From assembly GCA_965202675.1 (NCBI GenBank), contig OZ241842.1:2001962-2065961 (forward strand): a stretch of 64,000 bases of DNA, written 5' to 3'. The translations under genes were made by a program, and so were the position numbers. This DNA comes from Candidatus Spongiisociaceae bacterium. GTDB lineage: Bacteria > Actinomycetota > Acidimicrobiia > Spongiisociales > Spongiisociaceae. The notes under the pieces were generated by a model. The model had not been told where the DNA came from and did not search any database. It worked only from the letters and a program-made list of their open reading frames with translations. Below are positions 20,126 to 30,395 of the stretch, one piece after another (position 1 is the stretch's first letter; every line of letters begins with the position of its first letter).

Positions 20126-21475
20126 TCACAGGCGGGAGGGGGGATCGGGCTCGTGTTCCTTGCGGGGCGCCCGCTGCATCGGGTGGCGCATCCGCCTGGC
20201 CATGTGGAGGACGAGGCCGCCCGCCCGGGCCGGCGCCACGACAAAGGCCTGCCGTTCCTCCTCGGGGACGCCCTCATTGGCGACGATCCGCAGGCCGGTG
20301 TAGAGGGTGATGCAGCCGTACACGCCGCCGACGAACCAGAACAGACCCTCGTGGCCGATGACCTCCATGGCCAGGGCCCCGCCGAGCGGACCGAGGATGG
20401 CCCCCACCCCGGTGATGAAGGACATCAGGCTGCTCACGCCCGCCGCCGAACCGGGGGGCAGCCGGTCGTTGATGTGGGTGAGGGCCAGCGGATACAGGGA
20501 GAGGGCGAGGCCCCCGGTTACGAACGAGAGCGCCACCGCCCACCAGCTCAGATGGTCGGTGTACACCATGATCAGGCACGCCCCGACGGCCAGCAGGCCC
20601 ACGCCCAGGATCACCTTGCGCCTTCCCAACCGGTCCGACAGCATCCCCACCGGCGCCTGCAGGGCGATGCTCCCGAAGATCGCCATGCTGGTGAACAGGG
20701 CGATGCGGTTGGTGCTCATCCCCACCCTGGCCCCGAACACCGCCCCCAGGCTCAGCAGGGCGGCCACGCCGACGCCCTGGCACAGCGCCGCCGCCGCCCC
20801 CAGCGGAGCTTCTTCCCAAACCTGCCGGACGGGCAGCTTGCCGGCGGAGACGGCCAGGCGGGGGGCGGTGGAGGCGGACAGCGTGATCGGGATCACCGCG
20901 ACCGACACGAGGATCGAACCGACGATGAACAGGACGATCCCGGCCGGGTCGGCCAGGATCAGGAGCAGCTGGCCGAGGCCCATGCCGCCCATCAGCACCA
21001 CCATGTAGGCGGCCAGTATCCGCCCCCGATTCTGGTTGGTGCTGGCGTCGCCCAGCCAGCTCTCGGCGATGATGAACAGGCCGGACATGGCGAAGCCGGT
21101 CAGCAGCCGGGCCCCGCTCCAGACGATCGGGGCGGCGGCGACGATGTATACAAGGGTGGCGGTCGAGGCCAGCGAGGCCAGCGCCGCGTACACCCGGATG
21201 TGGCCCACATGGAACACCATCCGGCGGGTCAGCATCGCCCCCGCCAGGAAACCGGTGTAGTAGGAGCCCATCATGATCCCGGTGGCGGCGGTCGAGAACC
21301 CTTCGAGTTCGGCCCTGATGCCGAGCAGCGGCAGCATCATCCCGTTGCCCAGCATGACCAGGAGGACGGCGGCGAACAGGGCCCATGATCCCAGCACGGC
21401 TTCCCGCGCGGTTCCGGGCAGGGCCGTGTCTGCTGATACAGCAGCGCCGTCAGAGGATTCGAAGGAATCAATCAT
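20126..21475 (-). CDS. MFS transporter
   Basis: The 12-TM MFS pattern includes the conserved GxLaDRxGrR loop (MLSDRLGRRK). The start is taken at the internal ATG (MIDSFESS); the upstream in-frame start at 21535 is an alternative. Confidence 0.75.
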   Translation of the reverse strand: MIDSFESSDGAAVSADTALPGTAREAVLGSWALFAAVLLVMLGNGMMLPLLGIRAELEGFSTAATGIMMGSYYTGFLAGAMLTRRMVFHVGHIRVYAALASLASTATLVYIVAAAPIVWSGARLLTGFAMSGLFIIAESWLGDASTNQNRGRILAAYMVVLMGGMGLGQLLLILADPAGIVLFIVGSILVSVAVIPITLSASTAPRLAVSAGKLPVRQVWEEAPLGAAAALCQGVGVAALLSLGAVFGARVGMSTNRIALFTSMAIFGSIALQAPVGMLSDRLGRRKVILGVGLLAVGACLIMVYTDHLSWWAVALSFVTGGLALSLYPLALTHINDRLPPGSAAGVSSLMSFITGVGAILGPLGGALAMEVIGHEGLFWFVGGVYGCITLYTGLRIVANEGVPEEERQAFVVAPARAGGLVLHMARRMRHPMQRAPRKEHEPDPPSRL

Positions 21476-21683
21476 GGTTGACCGCTTCGGGAAGAGGGCC
21501 GCCCGAAGGTTTCGGACGGCGGGCCGATGGAACACCGCGGGATGTACCCGACCCTCGGCATGGTAGCAAGGCCCCGTTATTACTTGCGCGGACCCGGGGT
21601 TGCTTGCGGACCCGGCCGGGGCTCCCGGCGGCGGCGGTGCGGCCCCGGGGCCCGCAGTGCGGACGCCCGGATCGGAGCGCCCT

Positions 21684-22466
21684 TCAGCGGCCCTTCCATA
21701 CGGGCGGCCGCTTTTCGGCGAAGGCGCGGGGGCCCTCGACGGCGTCCTCGGAGGACAGCATGCGCCGGTAGGACTCGATGCCGCCCGACCGCATCAGCGC
21801 CAGCGCCTCTGCGGCGGCCATTCCCTCGGTGCGGCGGCGTATGTCGAGGATGGCCGCCACCGCCAGCGGCGCCATCGCGCACACCCGGTCTGCCAGACGC
21901 CGGGCGGCGTCCAGGAGCTCATCGGCCGGCGTCACCCGGTTGACGAGCCCGAACCGGAGCGCCTCTGCCGCGGAGAGGCGGCGGCCGGCGATCAGCACCT
22001 CTGCGGCTACGGGGGCGGGCAGCAGTCTGGGAAGGCGGACCGTTCCCGCGTCGGGGATCACCCCCGCCGCCGCCTCCGGCAGCCAGAACTCCGCATGGTC
22101 CGCCGCCGCCGCCAGGTCGGCCGCCATGGCCAGCTCGAAGCCGCCGCCCACCGCCATTCCGTTGACGGCGGCGATCACCGGCTTGTTCAGCCCCGGAAGC
22201 TCGGGGAAGCCGCCGAACCCGCCCGGCCCGTAGTCGCTCTCGTAGGCCTCTCCGGCGGCGGCCGCCTTGAGGTCCCATCCCGCCGAGAAGAACCGCCCGC
22301 CCGCCCCGGTGAAAACGGCGACCCGCAGCCGGGGGTCGTCCCGGAAGTCGGCGAACACTGCGCCCAGCTCTCGGCTGGCGGCGGCGTCGACGGCGTTGGC
22401 CTTGGGGCGGTCGAGGGTTACCTCGATCGTCTCCCCGCGGCGCACCACCCTGACGGCTTCGGTCAT
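21684..22466 (-). CDS. Enoyl-CoA hydratase/isomerase family, CaiD-like (carnitinyl-CoA dehydratase-like)
   Basis: FSAGWDLKAAAAGE...KPVIAAVNGMAVGGGFELAMAADLAAAAD...SEDAVEGPRAFAEKRPPVWKGR is closely collinear with CaiD. Confidence 0.8.
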   Translation of the reverse strand: MTEAVRVVRRGETIEVTLDRPKANAVDAAASRELGAVFADFRDDPRLRVAVFTGAGGRFFSAGWDLKAAAAGEAYESDYGPGGFGGFPELPGLNKPVIAAVNGMAVGGGFELAMAADLAAAADHAEFWLPEAAAGVIPDAGTVRLPRLLPAPVAAEVLIAGRRLSAAEALRFGLVNRVTPADELLDAARRLADRVCAMAPLAVAAILDIRRRTEGMAAAEALALMRSGGIESYRRMLSSEDAVEGPRAFAEKRPPVWKGR

Positions 22467-24553
22467 CGCCCCGGAATCCTATAGACGGACACGAGGGCGT
22501 CCACCGCCCAGGCCGCGTCCGGAGTGACGATCAGGGGGTTGATCTCCGCCTCGGCCAGATCGGGGCGGTCCGCCGGCAGGGCGGCGAGACGGTCGACCGC
22601 CTCGGCCGCCGCCTCCAGGTCGGCGGGCGGGCGGCCGCGGAAACCGCGGAGCGCCCGCCCGATCCGCAGGCGGTCGAACGCCCGGTCGAGATCGGCGCGG
22701 GAGGCCGGGAGCAGCAGGACGGCTGCGTCTTGGAGCAGCTCGACCAGCTCCCCGCCCGCGCCCAGCGTCAGCACCAACCCGACGGGCGGCGCCCGGCGCA
22801 CCGAGACCAGCAGCTCGGCCACGCCTCCGGTGACCTGTTCTTCCACCAGCACCGGCGCGGCGGGGCCGCCCAGCCGCCGGACTGCTTCTTCCAGCTCGTC
22901 CTCCGTCTCGATTCCGGTGATCACCCCGCCGAGCTCGGTCTTGTGGCCGGGACCCACCATCTTGGCCGCCAGCGGGAAGCGGAGGCCGGCCGCCGCTTCG
23001 GTTCCGACGCCCGCCCCGGACCCGGTTCCTCCCAGCACCGCCCCGGCGGGGACGGCGATCCCGGCCTCGCGGAGCAGCGCCTTGGAAGCCGGTTCGTCGA
23101 GGGTGCGGACAGATTCGGGCGCGCCCCGGCCGGCTGCCGGCGGCGCCGAGGGGGGCAGGTGGAGGGGCGGGGGCGCCCCGGCGAACCACCGTCCGACCGC
23201 GGCGGCCGCCGCCAGCCCGCCCAGGGCCTCGTCGATGGAGCCGGCCGCCGCCAGGCCCCGCCCGGCCAGGTGCTCCCGGATCCGGGGGGGCATGTTCTCC
23301 GCCAGCCCGGCCGCCGCCAGGCCCGGTTTTCCCGCGGCGGCGCAGGCGTCCTCGAAGGCCAGGAGGGTGGGCTGCCAGTCGGAGTCGTCGCAGCCGTCGG
23401 GAGGCCAGTCGAGCACCAGCAGGGCGGCGTCGAACGGTCCGGACAGCGCCTCCGTGAAGCACCGCTCGAGCGCGGGGCGGTCGCCCCAGATGTAGGTGTG
23501 GTAGTCGAGGGGGTTGTTCACCGTTGCCCGCCCGGACAGGGCGGCCGACACCCGGGCGGCGTGGTCGGGGGCGAACGGCTCGAAGCGCACCCGGTAATGG
23601 ACGGCCCGGTCCGCCGCCAGGGCCGCCTCGCCGCCCGAACACGACAGCGACACCAGGCGGTTGCCGGGGAGGGGTCCGATCGTTCCCAGCACGCCGAGGA
23701 CGTTGATCAGCTCCGCCGGGGTGTCCACCGCGATCACCCCGTACCGCTCGAACAGAGCGTCGTAGGCGGCGGCGCCCCCGGCCAGGGCGGCTGTGTGGGA
23801 GGAGGTGATCGCTCCGGCCTTCGCGGTGCGGCCCGACTTGAGCACCGCCACCGGCTTGCGGGCCTCGCGGCAGGCCAGGGCCGCCCGCCCGAAGGCAAGG
23901 GGGTCGGATATCGACTCCAGGTAGAGGCCGGCGGCGGTTACCTCGGGCCGTCCGGCCAGGTAGGCGAGGCATTCCTCGGCGGTGACCGAAGCCTGGTTGC
24001 CGAGGGAGACCACGCAGCTGAAATCCACCCCCCGGCGGTTGAAGGTGAGGTTGAGGGTCAGGTTCCCGGACTGGCTGATCAGCGCCGGGCCGGTTTCCAC
24101 CCGGCGGCAGCCGTGGATGTCCGGCCACAGCACCGCGCCGGTAACCGGGTTGATGACCCCGTAGCAGTTGGGGCCTACGATCGGCATGCGGTGCCCGGCC
24201 ACCAGCCGTTCCTGCAGGGCGGCGCCCTCCGGTCCGGCCTCGGCGAACCCGGAGGCGTGGAGCACCGCCCCCCCGCAGCCGAGGGCGGCCAGCTCGTGCA
24301 CCATCTCCACCGTAAGACGGCGGTTGACCGCCACGAAGGCGGCGTCGGGCGCTCCGGGCAGCTCGTCCAGCGACCGGTACACCCGCCGCCCCGCCATGGT
24401 CCGCCGGGAGGGGTGGACCGGCCAGATCTCGCCTGTGAACCCGAGGAGGTCGGACTGGCGGACGGCCCGCTCGGCGGCGCGGCCCCCGATCACCGCCGCG
24501 GTGCGGGGGTCGAGCAGGCGGCCCAGATCACGGCCGGTCCGGTCCGTTTTCAT
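22463..24553 (-). CDS. Acyl-CoA synthetase (NDP-forming), CoA-binding + ATP-grasp fusion
   Basis: The start is taken at MKTDRT (residue 64 of ORF 22463-24742), which has a GAGAAG RBS. The N-terminal part is a succinyl-CoA-synthetase-alpha-like CoA-binding domain and the C-terminal part an ATP-grasp domain. It overlaps the caiD-like start by 4 nt. Confidence 0.8.
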   Translation of the reverse strand: MKTDRTGRDLGRLLDPRTAAVIGGRAAERAVRQSDLLGFTGEIWPVHPSRRTMAGRRVYRSLDELPGAPDAAFVAVNRRLTVEMVHELAALGCGGAVLHASGFAEAGPEGAALQERLVAGHRMPIVGPNCYGVINPVTGAVLWPDIHGCRRVETGPALISQSGNLTLNLTFNRRGVDFSCVVSLGNQASVTAEECLAYLAGRPEVTAAGLYLESISDPLAFGRAALACREARKPVAVLKSGRTAKAGAITSSHTAALAGGAAAYDALFERYGVIAVDTPAELINVLGVLGTIGPLPGNRLVSLSCSGGEAALAADRAVHYRVRFEPFAPDHAARVSAALSGRATVNNPLDYHTYIWGDRPALERCFTEALSGPFDAALLVLDWPPDGCDDSDWQPTLLAFEDACAAAGKPGLAAAGLAENMPPRIREHLAGRGLAAAGSIDEALGGLAAAAAVGRWFAGAPPPLHLPPSAPPAAGRGAPESVRTLDEPASKALLREAGIAVPAGAVLGGTGSGAGVGTEAAAGLRFPLAAKMVGPGHKTELGGVITGIETEDELEEAVRRLGGPAAPVLVEEQVTGGVAELLVSVRRAPPVGLVLTLGAGGELVELLQDAAVLLLPASRADLDRAFDRLRIGRALRGFRGRPPADLEAAAEAVDRLAALPADRPDLAEAEINPLIVTPDAAWAVDALVSVYRIPGR

Positions 24554-24567
24554 CTTCTCTGGGTTGG

Positions 24568-25728
24568 TCAGCCGCCCAGGGGGCGGAGCATCGACCGGGA
24601 GATGATGTGGCGCTGGATCTCGGAGGTGCCGTCCCATATGCGGTCCACCCTGGTGTCCCGCCACAGCCGTTCCAGGGGCAGCTCGTCCATCAGGCCCATG
24701 CCGCCGAAGATCTGGACGGCCTCGTCGGTAACGAACTGGCACATCTCGCTGGCGTACAGCTTGGCCATGGCCGCATCGGCGTCGGTCATGACGCCCCGCC
24801 CGTCCTTCCAGGCCGCCCGGAGGGTGAGCAGCTCGGCGGCTTCATAGCGGGTCTGCATGTCCGCCAGCTTGAAGGACACCCCCTGGAAGCGCCCGATCTG
24901 CTGTCCGAACTGGCGGCGCTCCACCGCCCATTCGGTTGCCAGGTCGATCGCGCGCCGCGCCCGGCCCAGGCAGACGGCCGCTACCTGGAGCCGGGTCGAC
25001 CCCAGCCATTCGTTGGCGACCTCGAAGCCCCGGTGCTCCTCTCCGAGGACCGCCGATTCGGGCGCCCGGCAGCCGTCGAAGGCCAGGACGAAGTTGTGGT
25101 AGCCCCGGTTGGACACCGCCCGGTAGCCGGGGAGCACCTCGAAACCGGGGGTGTCCATATCCACCAGGAAGGCGGTGATCTTCTTGCGGGGCCCTCTGGG
25201 GCCGGCTTCTTCGCCGGTGGCGGCGAACAGGATCACGTAGTCGGCCAGGTCGGCGTGGCTGATGAAATGCTTCGTCCCGTCGATGACGTAGCCGTTTCCG
25301 TCTCGGACAGCCGCGCATTTCATGCCCCGCAGGTCGGAGCCTGCGTCCGGTTCGCTCATCGCCAGGCATTCCACCCGCTCACCCCGGACGGTGGGCAGCA
25401 GGTAGCGCTCGATCTGCCCCCCCCGGCAGGCCCGCAGGATGTTGGAAGGCCGGGCGACGATGTACTGCAGGGCGTAGGAGGCGGCGCCCAGTTCCCGCTC
25501 CACCAGCGCCAGGGTCAGGGGGTCGAGGCCCGCCCCTCCGTATTCCTCCGGCATGTTGGCGGCGTAGATGCCCGCCTCGATCGACCGGGATTTGATCCGG
25601 TCGACCATCTCCGGCGAGACCCGCCCGGTGCGTTCCACCTCTTCTTCCAGGGGGAACAGCTCCTGTTCGGTGAACCGCCGGGCGGTCTCGACGATCAGCT
25701 CCTGTTCGCCGCTCAGCTCGAAGTCCAT
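24568..25728 (-). CDS. Acyl-CoA dehydrogenase (CaiA-like candidate)
   Basis: ACAD fold motifs are present: MSEPDAGSDL, GTKHFISHA and QIFGGMG..ELPLERLWRD.R..RIWDGTSEIQ. Confidence 0.85.
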   Translation of the reverse strand: MDFELSGEQELIVETARRFTEQELFPLEEEVERTGRVSPEMVDRIKSRSIEAGIYAANMPEEYGGAGLDPLTLALVERELGAASYALQYIVARPSNILRACRGGQIERYLLPTVRGERVECLAMSEPDAGSDLRGMKCAAVRDGNGYVIDGTKHFISHADLADYVILFAATGEEAGPRGPRKKITAFLVDMDTPGFEVLPGYRAVSNRGYHNFVLAFDGCRAPESAVLGEEHRGFEVANEWLGSTRLQVAAVCLGRARRAIDLATEWAVERRQFGQQIGRFQGVSFKLADMQTRYEAAELLTLRAAWKDGRGVMTDADAAMAKLYASEMCQFVTDEAVQIFGGMGLMDELPLERLWRDTRVDRIWDGTSEIQRHIISRSMLRPLGG

Positions 25729-27272
25729 GATTCCGCCCTCTCCTGCGCTCCGGTTTCCGGTACAACCCGGGGTTCTGCTTCGGGTCCGGGGTGCTCCCTG
25801 GTTGCCATCACCCGCCCCAGGTATTCGGGCCGGGGCGCCTCCTTGTGCACCCGCCGGACGGCCGCCAGGGCCAGGGCGGGGGCGTCCTCGATGGGGGCCG
25901 GGCGTCCGGCGTCCGTGTCCATGTGCAGCAGCATCTGCTCGGCGGCGGCCGCCCGCTCACCCGTGCGGCGGTCGAACATCTCGTGGTAGAGGTGGAGCCG
26001 TTTCCGGTCGAGGCCCGCCACCAGGGTGGTAAAGCGCAGCGAGTCGCCGCCCGACACCTCCCGCAGATAGTTGATATGCGTTTCCACCGTGTAGAAGGAA
26101 TGCCCCGCCGCCCGGTACTCCTCGTCGTCGCCGATGTAACGGAACAAGGCGTCGGAGGCCCACCCGAAGGCGGTCAGGTAGGCGGCCTCGGTCATGTGGC
26201 CGTTGTAATCGACCCAGTCGGGTTCCACATCACAGCCGAACAGCTCCAGGGGCGCGGCGATCCGGTCTCCCTCGGACCAGGGCCGGGCGCCCTGCCCGTA
26301 GCGGCGGGCTTCGCGGCGGGCCAGGATGTTCCCGGCGCCCACCCCCGCCGAGCGCAGCGCCCTCATCACGGCCAGCAGGTAGTCGTCCCGCAGCCGTTCC
26401 AGATCCTCGACGCTCCGCCCGGCGGCCTGGGCGGCGGTTCCTTCCACCATGGCGTCGATCAGGCCGTCGGTCAGCTCCGGCGCCTCCAGCCGGGTCCAGG
26501 GGAGCTTCAGGGCGGGGCCGAACTGTTCCAGCATCCGCCGCATTCCCGAGCGCCCCCCCGCCAGATGGAAGGTGAGGTTGACGCCCATGCCCGCCCAGCG
26601 CAGCCCCGGTCCGTAGACGATGGCGTCGTCCAGTTCCCCGGTGGTGGCCAGGCCGTCGTTCACGATGTGGAGGATCTCCCGCCACACCGCCTCCTGGAGC
26701 CGGTCGGACAGGTAGCCGGGAAGCTCGTTGCGCACCACCAGCGGATACATGTCCAGCCAGTCGTACACCTCGGCGGCCTGTTCGACGGTCTCGGGGGAGG
26801 TGCGCCCGCCGGGCACCACCTCGCAGAGGGGCAGCAGGTAGACCGGATTGAAGGGATGGCCGATCACCACCCGTTCGGGATGGGCGCAGCCGGATGCGAT
26901 CCGGGTGGGCAGCAGACCGGAGGAGCTGGAGGCGATGATCACCCCGGGCGGGGCGGCCGCATCCAGGCGGGCGAGCAGGCCGGTTTTCAGAGCCTCGTCC
27001 TCGGGGGCCGACTCCTGGATGAAATCGGCGGCGCCGGCAACCTCCTCGGGTGTGTCCATGAAAGCGATCCGGTCGGGCCGGGCGCCCGGGTAGAGGCCCA
27101 GCCGCTGGACGGACAGCCAGGACCGGTCGACAGCTTCGCGGAGGCGCTGCTCGGCGTTCGGGGCCGGATCCCAGGCCGACACGTCGAGGCCGCGGCTCAG
27201 CGCCCTGACCGCCCATCCGGCGCCGATGACGCCGGTTCCGATCACGCCGAACACCCGGGGAGGCGGGTTCAC
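25713..27272 (-). CDS. lcdH: L-carnitine dehydrogenase fused to C-terminal thioesterase (betainyl-CoA thioesterase-like) domain
   Basis: The N-terminus (VFGVIGTGVIGAGWAVRALSRGLDV) is a 3-hydroxyacyl-CoA-dehydrogenase NAD fold resembling LcdH. The C-terminal roughly 150 aa form a hotdog/4HBT-like domain, as seen in fused carnitine dehydrogenases. Confidence 0.8.
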   Translation of the reverse strand: MNPPPRVFGVIGTGVIGAGWAVRALSRGLDVSAWDPAPNAEQRLREAVDRSWLSVQRLGLYPGARPDRIAFMDTPEEVAGAADFIQESAPEDEALKTGLLARLDAAAPPGVIIASSSSGLLPTRIASGCAHPERVVIGHPFNPVYLLPLCEVVPGGRTSPETVEQAAEVYDWLDMYPLVVRNELPGYLSDRLQEAVWREILHIVNDGLATTGELDDAIVYGPGLRWAGMGVNLTFHLAGGRSGMRRMLEQFGPALKLPWTRLEAPELTDGLIDAMVEGTAAQAAGRSVEDLERLRDDYLLAVMRALRSAGVGAGNILARREARRYGQGARPWSEGDRIAAPLELFGCDVEPDWVDYNGHMTEAAYLTAFGWASDALFRYIGDDEEYRAAGHSFYTVETHINYLREVSGGDSLRFTTLVAGLDRKRLHLYHEMFDRRTGERAAAAEQMLLHMDTDAGRPAPIEDAPALALAAVRRVHKEAPRPEYLGRVMATREHPGPEAEPRVVPETGAQERAESWTSS

Positions 27273-27361
27273 CGCCGGCGGTCCTTCCGGCCCCGGCCGT
27301 CCGGCCGGGGTTGTCCGGTCACACGCGCTCGGCCGTTTGCTCCGGTCATCCGGTCAGCCGG

Positions 27362-28291
27362 TCAGAAGGCGACCGCGCCCAGGCCCTTGAGAGCCAGGCG
27401 TTCCCTGGTCTCGGCCGGGTCGGCCGGCTCGCGGGACAGCTCCCGCAGGATGCGCACGATCTTGGCCACCTGCTCGGCGTTGGACTCGGCCAGCTTGCCC
27501 TTCCGCAGGTAGATGCCGTCCTCCAAGCCGACCCGCACGTTGCCGCCCATGACGGCCCCGGCGGTGACGATGTCGAACTGATGGCGGCCCCCGCCCAGGA
27601 TCGACCACTCCAGGTCATGGCCGAACAGGCGGTTGGCGGCCGTCTTCATCGCCGCTACGTTCTCGATGTCCGGCCCGATGCCGCCGAAGGTGCCCATCAC
27701 GAACTGCATGAAGATCGGGGGCTTGACCAGGCCCCGGTCGGCGAAGTAAGCCAGGGTGTAGAGGTGGCCGACGTCGTAGGCCTCGAACTCGAAGCGGCAG
27801 CCGGTCTTGTCGGCCAGCACGGTGAGCATGTATTCGATGTCGCCGAAGGTGTTGACGAACGGCTCCCACTTGGTGCTCTCCAGGAAGGGCTCCTCCCAGT
27901 CGTACTTCCAGCGGCCCTCGTAGCGGGGGATCATCTGGAAAAGGCCGTAGTTCATGGTGCCCAGGTTGCAGGTGGCCAGCTCGGGTTTCAGTATCTCGAT
28001 GACCCGCAGGCGCTCTTCGATGGTCTGGCCGGTGGCCCCTCCGGTGGTGATCGAGATGACCGCGTCGCACCCTTCCTTGATCCCGGCGCAGTACTCCCGG
28101 AAAATACCGGGGTCCGACACCGGGCGCCCGTCCACGGGGTCCCGGGCGTGGATGTGGATGACGCTGGCCCCCTCGCGGGCGGCGTCGACCGACTGGGTTA
28201 CATGCTCATCGACGGTGACCGGGATGTCGCTGTTCATGGTGGGGGTGTGCGAAGCCCCCGTTACCGCACACGTAACGATCACACCGCTCAT
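27362..28291 (-). CDS. Beta-keto acid cleavage enzyme (BKACE/DUF849; 3-dehydrocarnitine cleavage enzyme-like)
   Basis: Kce/BKACE family signatures are present (VIVTCAVTGA...IHIHARDP...GCRFEFEAYDVGHLY...GGNVRVGLED). It lies immediately upstream of lcdH on the same strand. Confidence 0.85.
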   Translation of the reverse strand: MSGVIVTCAVTGASHTPTMNSDIPVTVDEHVTQSVDAAREGASVIHIHARDPVDGRPVSDPGIFREYCAGIKEGCDAVISITTGGATGQTIEERLRVIEILKPELATCNLGTMNYGLFQMIPRYEGRWKYDWEEPFLESTKWEPFVNTFGDIEYMLTVLADKTGCRFEFEAYDVGHLYTLAYFADRGLVKPPIFMQFVMGTFGGIGPDIENVAAMKTAANRLFGHDLEWSILGGGRHQFDIVTAGAVMGGNVRVGLEDGIYLRKGKLAESNAEQVAKIVRILRELSREPADPAETRERLALKGLGAVAF

Positions 28292-28378
28292 CTGCCCCTC
28301 CTTGTCGAGACCGGCTGCCAGGATAATCGTACTGCCGTTCCGCCCGCCGCGCCGCCGTACCCCTGTCGGCCCCGGAGG

Positions 28379-28945
28379 TCAGAGGTCCAGGCTCTCGAAC
28401 TTGCTGCGGTGCCTGTTCGGCAAGCCGTCGACCACGGCTTTGGCCGCGGCTATGAGCTCCTGAGCGGCTTCCAACTCGGAACGCGTGCTGTCCAACGCCT
28501 GACGCGACTCGGACAGTTCACCGTCGATCCGGGTCTGGATGCCGTTCACCTGCTCGCGGATGGTTTCCTGCCCGCTCGCCAGCTCGCCCAGCTTGTTGTC
28601 CTGCGTCTCCGATTGTTCGGCCAGCCTGCCGATTTTGTCCTTGGCGGTGTCCACCCCGGTGCGGATAGCAGTCAACTCGGCTCCGGTCACCAGATCCTCT
28701 GCACGCTGCAACGATTCCATGGTCTTTCCTATCGCCGACCGCAACAGGTCGCAGAGCTCCGCCATCTTGGTCGAGGTTTCCCGCAGGCTGCTGGATGCAT
28801 CGGATACAGCCGTCGAAGCCTGCTCCTGTCTGCTTGCGGCACCGGCCATCCCTTTGAGCCGCTCCTGCAACTCCTTCAGGGCATCGGTAGCCTCTTCGAA
28901 GCGGCGCTTGACCGCCTCGAACTCAACTGTATTATCTGATGCCAT
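28379..28945 (-). CDS. 188-aa coiled-coil protein of unknown function (low-GC island, translationally coupled to the helicase gene)
   Basis: Heptad-rich, Q/E/A-rich sequence with no TM segments. It starts 2 nt after the helicase stop. GC is about 52%. Confidence 0.5.
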   Translation of the reverse strand: MASDNTVEFEAVKRRFEEATDALKELQERLKGMAGAASRQEQASTAVSDASSSLRETSTKMAELCDLLRSAIGKTMESLQRAEDLVTGAELTAIRTGVDTAKDKIGRLAEQSETQDNKLGELASGQETIREQVNGIQTRIDGELSESRQALDSTRSELEAAQELIAAAKAVVDGLPNRHRSKFESLDL

Positions 28946-30395
28946 GCTTACTCACCTCCGTAGGTTTCCAGTATAGTGATGGCGAAGTCTCGGGCAAATT
29001 CAACACCTTCCGCTAGGGAGAACACAGTGAGTGGCCAGTTATGCTCACTGTATGTCCACATTTCCTCATCGGTCACAGCAGGAGGCGCTTCCGAATAGTG
29101 AGCTACTCCGAATAAACCGGCCGCCCATTTGGTTTCCCATCCTAAGAAATCAATCATCAAAGAGACCGCTTCGCTGATGACATCCTGAGGAACTTGATAC
29201 AAGACTCGCGCCGACTGCAGGGACTCCTTTAGCCCGTTTTCGAACTCACGAGAGTTGCCGTCTGGAATCATGGCCTCGGTTATTGCTCGGGTAGCTAGTA
29301 ACCATGGATAATCGGGGTAAGAACCAAGCAATCGGCCAGCCGCGCCTCGCCACTCGCGTGCGGTGGTCTCGGTTTCTATTATGTTCCATTCTATTATCCA
29401 TTCAAGGAAACGAAGATACGATTCCTGCACTAATCGCAATAATACTTGGGTTGCGAATCCCTCCTGTAGATAATCCAATATTTGTCGCCGCATTTCCATG
29501 TTAGGATCGCTATTTTCGGCGGCGGAGTGTGTAGCCAACCACATTTCTCTCATCGACCGGCGGCGCGCTGTCTCGATTGTACGATATACAAACCTTATCA
29601 ATTCCTGTCCACATCTTTTGATAGATGACATCAGGTCACCCGGATGCCCTATTCTGTTCCTTATCGCTGTTATTTGTCCAGGTTGACTTCGTTCAATAAA
29701 GGCTTCCAAACTCTTAGTAACTGTTTCCATGCTTACACTGCGAACTGTGACTTCGAAGGTTTGTGATCCGCGCTCCTTTAGATAATCTTCTACTACTCCT
29801 AGAACGGCCAGTCTGTGAAGGGCCCGTTCACGAGCATCCTCGCCAGCTCTCGTTTGTCTATCTCTAAAAGGCAGGCTGATCTCTTGTCGTTCTGTCCTCG
29901 GGTTCAATTCGTATGCAACTCTCATGAGGACAGATATCTCATCTTCCATACCAGCGAAGGTATTAAGGTGAAACCATAGGGCAGTAGTAACATCATCTTT
30001 GGCTCTATTACTAATCTCTTCAATCCGTTGTCGTATGTCCTCCAGAGGAGTATCTTCCGACAAAAGATTCTGATTCCGATCCTTGTCGAATTCGCTAAGG
30101 ATCAGCATGCATTCTGCTCGATCTCCGTCGCGTCCTGCTCTGCCTACTTCCTGATAGTAAGCCTCTATGGATCTTGGAAACAGGTAGTGAATACTCCACC
30201 TAATGTTAGGTTTATCTATCCCCATGCCAAAAGCACTGGTGCACACTAGGGCTAATATTTCATTGTTCATGAAGCGATTAACACTATCGTCCTTTATTAT
30301 CTCGAATTCATGGTGGGAGATGGTTCTTGGATTGCTACCCGCGTACACACCTACGCTAGGACAGATTATCGCAACGGCATCTTTAGCATTAATTA

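Noticed and set aside
20096-21388. 430-aa plus-strand ORF
   Set aside because: It is antisense to the MFS transporter and shows GC-rich codon bias only.
22479-24847. Alternative-frame ORFs of 549 aa (minus) and 705 aa (plus) over the acyl-CoA synthetase gene
   Set aside because: The frame containing the CoA-binding and ATP-grasp motifs is clearly the real one. These others are Arg/Gly-rich.
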